From the human T2T-CHM13v2.0 reference genome, Homo sapiens: a stretch of DNA of 64,000 bases. The notes beneath the pieces were generated by a model. That model had not been told where the DNA came from. It saw only the letters and a list, made by a program, of their open reading frames with translations, and searched no databases. Shown in pieces: positions 54,276 to 64,000 of this stretch. The position numbers were made by a program, and so were the translations under genes. Positions within the stretch are counted from its first letter, which is position 1. The number at the start of each line of letters is the position of its first letter. The DNA lies in NCBI RefSeq assembly GCF_009914755.1, contig NC_060944.1, one strand, 5' to 3'.

Positions 54276-56145
54276 CAAGTATTTAAAACAATTTTTTAAA
54301 AACACCACGGTCCCCACCCGTTGATACCACTACTATTTGGGATAAACTCTACTTATTCTTCTGTAATCTAGTTATCTCTATTTGACTAACAGCGACCCAA
54401 GAAAAATTCAGAATATTAAGTAAATTTCTTATCACATATTTTTAATCACTTCAGTGCATTTTATATTATGGATGTTGACATTTTAATCCTGCACATATAA
54501 TATATATTGTTTTTAATTTTTAAATATTTTAAATAATGCTGCAATGAGTGTTCTTATGTATTCATATCTGTGTACACACATTCTCTTAGAAAAAAAGTGT
54601 CTAAAATGGACAATCACTGGGTTAATGAATACAAAACATACTGATAAATTACTGTACTGAAATATCTTTATTTTAGCTATGCTTCTTTTAAATAGCAAAG
54701 AGTTGCAGTTTTATATTGCCCCAGGTTGAAAAACAGTAATTTGCTTTGTATATATTTTTCCAAAGTACTTTTTTCCTTTTGTTGTTATTGGTTTCTGACT
54801 TTGTTTTTGTTTTAGTGTTTGCCCATTTTGCATTTTGTTTCCTTTCCTTTGTGATTCTGTATTGTTTGTTAATTAGACCCTAGACCTTTTTATCATCTCA
54901 TAATTCAGAATATATTTTATTTCAAGTATTTATACATTTAAACTGCAGCACTTTGCCAGCTCCTAGTCCATACAAGGACCAAGACAGCTGCTGCCCTAGT
55001 TCTCAATCTGGCCATGAACTTCTTGCATCACAATCATTTTGGAGCGATTATTAAAAATTCAGGTTCCTAAGCCCAACCATGAAACCAGATGAATCATAGA
55101 CACCTAGAGAATGTGGCCCAAGAACCTGCATTTTTGTAAGTATCCCAAATAAATCTTGGACACATGGAAGTTTTAGAATCTCTAATTTCAATTTTTTTTT
55201 TTCTGGCAGAACAGACAAAGATCACACCGAGGAATTACAGATAAACCCCATTCTAATGGTAAGTAGCATTTTCAGTGGTTCTATTGTGCTCCGATTACTT
55301 ATCTGAATTAAAATTAGATGGATACTTGGGAGATGGCTAAATGGAAACTCTGAGCACTGTTTCTTTAGTGGCTTTTAAGGATATTCTGTGTCTTCTTAAT
55401 GAACCTCTGTGAATGACCTCAGTCCTGAGGAGAATTAGGCTATTTCAAACCAACCACTTTCCTTACTTTTCCCAAGGACTAAGTAACTATTAGAGCAGAC
55501 ATTAAACCGTAACCACCACCAGCTATACCCGATGACTCAACTCAGGTTATAATTAGGGGAAGGAAACGCCAGTGGGAGGCTGGTGGGGCTCAGAGGAAGG
55601 CAGTTTGCTGGAATGAGGAATGTTCCGGGTCTTCCTGCAAAGGACAGCTGGCCCTTCTCAGCGGTCAGCACTGGTCAGTGTCCACAGGCACTGCTGACAT
55701 CCTTAAGCCACCTGGGCCCTTAAGTGTCCAGAAATACCTGAGTCTTAGAAGGACAAACAGAAAGACACCCAGATACTACAGAATATTTTTAAGCTGGATG
55801 ATCGAGACTTGTCCTGTAGGTAGCATCAAAGGGGAGAAGTGATAGACCCAGGATTTCTAGTGTTTGAGGAGATTCAGGAAGAATGAATGGTTTTTGGAGC
55901 TAGGAGTAGCCCTAGGATAAGAAGCCCCCAGGTATAGCAGGAACAATTATGGAGTTAAAAATTAGAAAGTGTCTAATTTCTAAGACATTTCATGTTAAAT
56001 AATATTAACATAACGTTAACTCATCAGAGGTGGGAAGATTGGGAGTTTGGGGTGGGGGATGGTGCAAAAGAAAAGTCCTGGAAAGTCCTCAGCAAAATGA
56101 AAGGCTTCCATCATCTAACCTCTGCTCATTTCTCCAGCTTTAAGT

Positions 56146-56487
56146 CCCTATAAGCTCTCTCCCTATAGACTCTCCCTATAGGCTCTCTCTCTCTAGAATT
56201 TTTCTTGCTATAGGTTCTCTCTCTAGAAGGTCTCTCTCTATAAAACCTTCCCCTATAGGGTCACTCCCTGTAGACTGTCTCCCGATAGGATCTCTCGCTA
56301 TATATTCTCTCGTTATAGACTCTCTCCCTATAGACTGTCTTCCTAGATATCTCTCTATAAAGTCTACCCCTATGGAGTCTCTCCCTGTAGACTGTCTCCC
56401 TAGAAGCTCTCTCACTGTAGGCTTTCTTCCTAGAGACTCTCTCCCTCGAAGTTTTCTCTCTATAGGGTCTCTCCCCATAGGATCTCT
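56146..56487. repeat. Diverged 15-bp minisatellite (consensus near tctctccctatagac), about 23 units
   Basis: Recurring ctctccctatag at roughly 15-bp spacing. Confidence 0.9.
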
Positions 56488-59136
56488 GCCACAGCCACAC
56501 TTCCTTAAAGTCCCTGACAACACCTGTTCCCTCCAGCATTATACTCTTTGTTGTACTATTCCTTCAACCTAGGCTATTTTGTGTTTACTTACCATTGTCT
56601 CTACCCTGCTTCGAAGACCAACTCTACTATGTATGGAAGGTGCATGAATGGACACTTCCATCTAGTTTGGTGAATATCAGACTCATTAACAAAAAAGTAC
56701 ACAATGTCTCATCATTACATATATGTTTTTGAGACCCAACAAGGATTTTAGTTCATATCAAGCCATAAAATCCAGTTTTTCCTTCAATCAAAGAGGATTT
56801 CCTATCCTCAAATACTATTCTAGGTTTGAATAAATTTCCCATCACTTTCAGGGGAATGCAGTGGAAATACATTCCCAATGTGAGCCACCTTGGACGCTGT
56901 CATGAGGAAAGAGGCCTGTGCCTTTTAAGGGAGGAGCCAGGATGGACTGGGGACAGTGAACACACAGAGCTGTCTGCCTGGAGTTGGGGCCAAAGCACAG
57001 GACCTTCCTTTGTAAATGTGTCTTTATGAATTTGTGTCAACTGTTCCCTGACCCAGAATCACCCAGTTAAACAAACCAGGGATTACCAAAAACCTCACAC
57101 AAAACCAAACCTGCCAGGCCCTTTATAATCCTTAAGACAGTCTCTACCTGTTTACATTCATTTAGGCTCTGATAAAATGGTACTGAAAAAGCCTTCCTTC
57201 CAAGACTCTCAGGATGCAGGGATTAGCTCAGTTTTCCCTTCAAAATGACATTTTCCAAACCATATGAGCAAAGTTTCCTTTTCAGTGGCCCATTGAATTG
57301 CAAAAGAAACCAACCAATGGTCCATGTCACTCATAAGCTATTCTAACCTCAAATACTTGCCCCAGAAATCATGGCTGGACAAATTTGAAATACCCAAACC
57401 TGGATTAAGCCTGTAAGCTTCAATTGACTTCAATTCAAGCCCAGCTCCTTAGTTTTATCATGGATGACATTACATCACTGCATTGCAATGAAACATATAA
57501 TCAGAAAGCCAGACTCTACTTTCCTCTGGGGTTTTGGAAGAGTAATTCCTTTTTAGGGGCAAAAATGTGAGCTGTGACCTTCTTTATATTGTAGGTCAAG
57601 TATCAAACCAAGCATTCATCCTTTTAAAGAGAGGTTGCCAGGGAATCAAGTCAATGCCTCACTTGTTGACTTATTCTCCACCACCCAAATAACTGCTCGG
57701 GCAGGGTCACTTTCCAGAAATTATCTTGGTGAGCAAACCCCTTTCTTTTCCCATTCAACCTTATTGGAAAGCTCAGGCATGAAGAGACAGACATTGAGAG
57801 ATCAAGTTTCAGGGACTGTCAAGGTAAATAAAGCATTGGAGGTTGGGAATATAAGAACCCAGTGCCTGGGTAACAAGGGGAATCAGAAATTACCTTCAGG
57901 ACATGCAACCTGGGAACACAGCACAAGCCTCAGATTAGAATATGGACCCGGAGAAACTTGTAAGCACAGTACAATAGAACTGAAGTTGGAGGACACAAAG
58001 TGAGACCGTAATTGGGGAAGAATCAGATGGTCTAAGGAATGAGGTGAACCACAAACAGACCCTGGGAGATCCAAGCTTTTCTGGATGTGAATCAGCCAAC
58101 TCCTTCCAGAATCCCAGCTCAGGGCCAAAGCAGGAGTGTGTGCCTGGGCAGGTCTGAGGCCACAGGTTTGAGCATGTAGACCCATGCACAAGGAAGACAG
58201 GACTCTAGGGCAGGAAGCCAGGCTCCCAATACAAGCTCAGGCAACAACTGCTCCCTTCCCAAAATGGGCATCATAAAGCCAGGTGAAAACCTGTCATCCC
58301 AATAATCCTTCATGATTCGCAAGGAGAGAAGGTGTTTCTACAATTTAGTATGAAAAGAATGTTTTAAAATATGCAAATAATTCCACTCACAAACAGTTAA
58401 TAATTTATAATAATCTTTATTTGCTAATAATTTGAATATTATGAACTGCAGCATACTGCAAAGCATACTGATGCTCTTCTCTAAGAACTATAGATGTATT
58501 CCTCTTGGAGTTGTATTTTATTTTACTTCCCAGAAAAGGAGCCACTCCATTAAAGGATGAGAAACCGGCAGCTCCATGTCAGTTTTTCCTGTCAACAGGA
58601 GCTAGCAGAGGTTTTCTCATTTGTGAATCTAGTTTAGTTTAGGTCAATAATTAGAGACATATATAATTTAGGCCAGGTACTGTGGAGCTGCTAGAAATGT
58701 AAGGATGAGCTGACGCATTCTCTGGTTGGCAAATCATAGCCATTGGCTTGGGCAAGTCATTGTTGAACATCTGTGGCCTCCATTGTACCTGCCCTCCCTT
58801 TGAGAAAAATAGGCATCTTTCCTCACATTGAGACAGGAGCACATTAGCAAGGGAAAATGCTGACATGTATTTCCTACATGCCAGGCTCTGTGCTAAGTGC
58901 TGTACACATGTTACCCCACTTCACCCTCATCCCTGTGAAGCAGGTTGCCTTCTGTTTACCATGTTTTTGTCACTGGTGCCTACCAGACAGCCTGATCCAT
59001 AGAAGAGTCAAGAACTATTTTTGCAATAATAAATGAATGAGTAAAATCATAGCATGCCAAACTTTTCCTACATGAAATTTTCAGTCTCCCTCTAACAGTA
59101 AAATTTAAATACTGATTTCCCTATTCAGAAATGTTA

Positions 59137-59434
59137 GGACCAGCCATGGTGGCTCACTCCTGTAATCCCAGCACTTTGGGAGGCTGAGGCTGGAGAATCA
59201 CTTGAAGCCAGGTGTTCAAGACCAGCCTGGACAACATAGCAAAAACCCATCTCTACAAAAAATACAAAATATTAGCTGAGTGTGGTGGCACGTGTTTGTA
59301 ATCCCAGCTACTCAGGAGGCTGAGGCACAAGAATCGCTTGAACCTTGGAGGTGGAAGTTGCAGTGAGCAGAGATCACATCACTGCACTCCTTCCTGAGCA
59401 ACAGAATGAGACTCTGTCTCACCAAGAAAAAAAA
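59137..59434 (+). mobile_element. Alu, older (J-like)
   Basis: Full dimer, CpG-depleted; agaaat[g/t]ttag on both flanks. Confidence 0.95.
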
Positions 59435-59492
59435 TTATTTTGAAAGAAATTTTAGTTTGGAGACAGTGAAAATATCCACCAAAATTTTATAT

Positions 59493-59494
<2 letters not shown>

Positions 59495-59524
<30 letters not shown>
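59495..59524. repeat. (GT)n microsatellite
   Basis: About 15 GT units. Confidence 0.95.
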
Positions 59525-59527
<3 letters not shown>

Positions 59528-59675
59528 CACTAGACAGTAGGAACAGAAGTCCTAGTCAGCTTTCCCTCTGTCATCAGGTAAAGAAGGCAGTGTATGTGAA
59601 GGATTGGAAGTGGAAAACATTGTGTTGCCATCTGTCCTCTCTCTCCGTCCAAATACAAGCTCATTTGAACTCATT

Positions 59676-60229
59676 AGACCTACCATTCAATCCAGCAATA
59701 CCATTAGTGGGTATCTACCCAAAGGAAAAGAAAGATACCTGCACCCCTATGTTTATTACAGCAATATTCACAATAGCAAAGATATGGCATCAACCTAAGT
59801 TTCCATCAATGAATAAATGGGTAAAGAAAATGTGGTAGATATACATGATGGAATACTAGTCAGGCATAAAAAAGAATAAAAATATGTCTTCTGCAGCAAC
59901 ATGGCTGGAATTGGAGGGTCATTACCTTAAGTGAAACAAACCAGGCCTAGAAAGACAGATATTGCATGTTCTCACTCATAAGCAGTTGCTAAAAAAAAAA
60001 AATGTGTTTTCATGGATGCAAAGAGTGGAATGATAAATAAGGGAGACTCAGAAGGGTGAGGAGGTGGGAGGGAGGAGGATAGGTTAATGTAGTACAATGT
60101 ACATTATTTGGGAGATGGATATCCTAAAAGCCCTGACTTGACCACTACACAGTCTATGCACGTAACAAGATCGCACATGTACCCCATAAATTTGTAGAAC
60201 TAAAAAGGAAAACAAAACGAAAACACATA
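59676..60229 (+). mobile_element. 5'-truncated L1 (L1PB/L1MA type) 3' end
   Basis: Peptide LPFNPAIPLVGIYPKE..MFITAIFTIAKIWHQPKFPS..WVKKMW; 3'UTR cacatgtaccccataaat; aagctcatt on both flanks. Confidence 0.93.
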
Positions 60230-61199
60230 AAGCTCATTCTAGTAACTGCTACCTGTTTGGCACTGTTCTAGGAATTTCACATACTTTCAGAAAAACTAGT
60301 AGTTTTGTCTTCCTTATATATATCAGGAACCAGATAGATCTATGTTTCCTTTTTCCTTGAGTCCAAAAAAACCATTTATTCCAGCTGCCTTATACATTAA
60401 AGAACTTCTTTCGAAAACATTGGCAGGATACATCAGAAGGGGCCAGTCCTCAGCCCATACAAGAGTGAAAGATGATACATGCCTACAGCAGTGCACCATA
60501 GGAAAATATAATTACTACATGCAGGGCACAGAAAATAATAGCGTACAGTGTGCAGATCAATCAGTGAAATGAAGAGGTACCTAGAAGTATTGCTAGGCTG
60601 TGATTAGGAATGCAGAATTTGGGGGTAACCTTTGATGAGGTAAGATCAAGAGGACATAGAGCATGTGATTGCAGCTATGTTTTATGAAATGTAGGAATTA
60701 TATTTTACCCTAGATCTCAAAACATACATAAATCAACCGCAGGGCTTTCTTGAACAAGGTAGAGCCCACAGCCTCTCTATGTTCCCATCTTCCAGCTAGC
60801 GGATAGCAATAGCTAAGTTTAAGTAATAGGAGTGTTCTAGTAGAGTTTCCTGGAAGCCAAACCTGGAGAATATGCAGTTTATATAATTTTTTTAAATGGA
60901 TATTCAAGGAATCTCTTATTTGAACAGTTTAATCAAATGTCTTATCTTCCACAGAAATTGATGTTTGTAATTCTTACACACCATCAAGAGAATAACTCAT
61001 CAATGTGTTGGCTGAGTAATTCAAATTATAATATAATTCACTTATATGTTAACAACTGTTAGATGCCAGGCACTGTTCTAGATGCTTTGCATGCATTGGG
61101 GTAAGCTAATGACTCTGAATTTCTTACATGTTGAGTTCGAAGTACCTGCGGATTTCCAGATAAAGATTAATTTGCTATTTTAGCACACACTAATTGTGA

Positions 61200-62000
61200 A
61201 CCTAAAATGAGCCAGGCACTATTCTAGGCACTGGAGAAAAAGAGGTAAAAAGAATAAAAAGAGATGGTTCCTGTACTGTAAAAACATACAGTCTAGTAGG
61301 AAAGAGAGACCCAAAACTAATTGTAATAACATGGGGTAAGCTACACTATAATAATAAAAATGACAATGGTGATAACAATTATAAATGATGTAATTTATTT
61401 AGCACTTACTCTAAGATAGACATTTTATGTGAATGAGTTCATTAAATACTGTTAAAAACTCTGTGACGTCCATATTCATATTTCCAAATGTATAAATGGA
61501 GAAACTGAGGCTTAGATAAAATAAGCAACGCCACAAAATCCCTACTGATCAGTAACGGAACTTGGATCCATTTGACCCCAAGGCTTGTGCTCCCTATTGC
61601 CATCCTATATTACCCCACCATTCCCACCCCCTTTTGATTTTCCAGAGTTATGAATGCAGTACAATTAAGGTGCAGAGGATCTGGGAGCCAGACGAGTAGG
61701 AATAGAAAGGCTTCATAGGAGGGCAAAATCTGAATCAAGCCTTAAAAAAATAACTTGGCATTTGTGTTTGCTAAGCTGTGAAAGATGGGTACAGGTTGCA
61801 ATGAAATAGTACGGTAAAGATTTGGGATCAAAAAAAAAAAGTCTGCTTCGTTTAAGAAACAGGGATTAGCGCAGATGGAATATAGGGTATGTTGAAAGAA
61901 ATGAGAGAGATGTGACTAGAGAAACACATCAGAACCATGTCACCATTGTCGCAGAGGACCAGCTGCGTTAAAGACCTGTGATTTTATTTCATAGAGATGA
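61200..62000 (-). mobile_element. L2 remnant with nested MIR (about 61390-61600)
   Basis: gagccaggcactattctaggcactggaga (L2); aaatggagaaactgaggcttaga (MIR). Confidence 0.7.
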
Positions 62001-62011
62001 TCCATTGGCTC

Positions 62012-62327
<316 letters not shown>

Positions 62328-62591
62328 GAACCATTGGCTCTTTCTAAGCAGTGGAATAACAATGGTTCATAACATTTAGAAGATGGGGTTATACACTCAC
62401 CAGATCTATTTCCCTAGAGCCTATTTCAGTATCTGATACAGGGTAGATTTTAATAACTGTTGTCAACTAATAAATATATATTTTTAAATACATTGTCAGC
62501 AATGTGGAAGATACACTGAAGAAGGAAAAGACTAGTGGCAAGATATAAGCCAGGTGGTAAAATCTAAAAGAAAAGTCAGTGATAGAAAAGA

Positions 62592-62745
62592 AGTTTGCTG
62601 AGAATGATGGTTTCCAGCTTCATCCATGTCCCATGTATACATATGTAACAAACCAGTACATTGTGCACATGTAGCCTAGAACTTAAAGTATAATAAATAA
62701 ATATGTGTGTGTGTGTATATATATATATACACACACACACACACA
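62592..62745 (+). mobile_element. Very short 5'-inverted (twin-primed) L1PA insertion
   Basis: Antisense L1 segment 62592-62632 joined to the sense L1PA 3' terminus 62632-62701; aaagaagtt on both flanks. Confidence 0.88.
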
Positions 62746-62959
62746 AAGAAGTTGATATGGGAGAGACATTTGAGGTAGAATTGACAGGTCTTGGAGACAG
62801 CATGACTGTGTGGTCTCAGAGAGAGACACTAGTTGAGAACAACTCCCAGAATTCCTATTTGTGTGTGATCCTCCATGGGGGATACAGAAGGGGGAGTCTA
62901 GTCGGGGATTTTGAGTTCCAGTTGCCTTTGGAACATGACTGCACAGATCGCGGCCTGAA

Positions 62960-63019
62960 AGGAAGTGGCAGAGAAGAAAAATTCAAAATGGCTGCCAATA
63001 GTTTGCCCTCTGGAGGCCT
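62960..63019. promoter_or_regulatory. Candidate ETS + YY1 + CTCF motif cluster
   Basis: aggaagtg at 62960, caaaatggctgcc at 62984, reverse-strand aggcctccagagggcaaac at 63001-63019. Confidence 0.5.
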
Positions 63020-63864
63020 CAGAGTTCCGGGGGCCATGGATGCATGGCCACGCAGGGTGAGCAATTGTGATGAGAGAACAGAAAGGAAATCCAAATAAGA
63101 GAACTCAAAGCAGAGATGAGCTAAAAATCAGCAACACGAACCATCACAAGTGGGTAGTTACGCTCGGCAGGAGATCCAGGCAAAGCGAGGGCAAACTTCT
63201 TAGCCTTTTCCTGTGGAAAATTTATAAAGCTCAGATTGGAGAAAACGTACTGATAGTTTTGAAGCTGGCATTTTAAGTTGGAATGTCTTCTCAAAGTAGC
63301 ACATAACGGCACAATTCAATAACTCTGACCATTGTGGAAAAATGCCATGTGCCAACAGCGATTTTCCATAATTTTGTTCAGAAAATCTGAAAGAAATGCA
63401 AAAAATGGATTTGCAGCCCTGGCAGCAGGCAGAGAAACAGTAGCAGAGGGCTGCAGGCCAGTAATTGATGTTTCAAATATCACTGAGTGCTTTGCCTGTA
63501 ATTTCAGGGGAGAATGATAATAATTAAAAGCACAAACTTACAAGTCATTTCTGAGGAGGAAAATGCTGAATGCACTTAAAGTGAAGGGGGTTTGTTGAAA
63601 TGCTTAAGTTTTTCCAGCGAGCTTTCAGATATGCAATGATTAGTTTTATGTTCACAGAGTGACTTTCTCCTCAAATGTTCCAAAGTGCCACAAAATGGAA
63701 TAGATTATTAACCCATGAGATTCCCTGGGAGCCAGTGATGAAACTATAACCATATGACATTCCCACATGTTCAGACCTTACTTGATTGTACCGGCCTTTG
63801 TTACAAACAGCACAGTACACTGTTTAAAAGGATGAAATGAAACCTTTCCTCCTTCTCCCAACTG

Positions 63865-64000
63865 ACTTGGGGCTTTACTACGAGGCAGATTTGAGCTTGA
63901 GTCTGCATCCACCCTTTTTAGTGCTGTGACCTTAGGCAGGTCACTCTATTCCTCTCCACTTCCATTTTTTCATCTGAAAAATAGATAGAACAATAGCACT
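63865..64000 (+). mobile_element. MIR
   Basis: gctgtgaccttaggcaggtcact...tttttcatctgaaaaat. Confidence 0.8.

Noticed and set aside
56146-56487. CRISPR-like or collagen-like array
   Set aside because: Tandem degenerate units without unique spacers, in a primate context. It is a minisatellite.

Overview
This is primate (catarrhine, probably human) non-coding genomic DNA, either intronic or intergenic. I find no credible protein-coding gene, tRNA, rRNA or CRISPR array. The ORF track is explained by Alu, L1, Tigger1, microsatellite and chance reading frames. The window is a mosaic of interspersed repeats: ten Alus (J-like, S subfamilies and one CpG-rich AluY), old L1M fragments, short L1PA/L1PB-MA 3' ends, many L2 and MIR remnants, MaLR LTRs (MLT1, THE1), an LTR16-like LTR, a nearly complete decayed Tigger1, and hAT MITEs (MER5, MER33, MER53, MER81), plus several microsatellites. 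The most notable items are two template-switch-like micro-rearrangements at about 18.8 and 19.8 kb, a very short twin-primed L1 whose tail is a perfect 38-bp palindromic microsatellite, a diverged 15-bp minisatellite, three + strand micro-exon candidates, a convergent CTCF motif pair, a possible ancient ERV integrase fossil and several enhancer-like unique blocks. I cannot support a novel biological system from sequence alone. Repeat subfamily names come from my recall of consensus sequences, and boundaries of old repeats are approximate.
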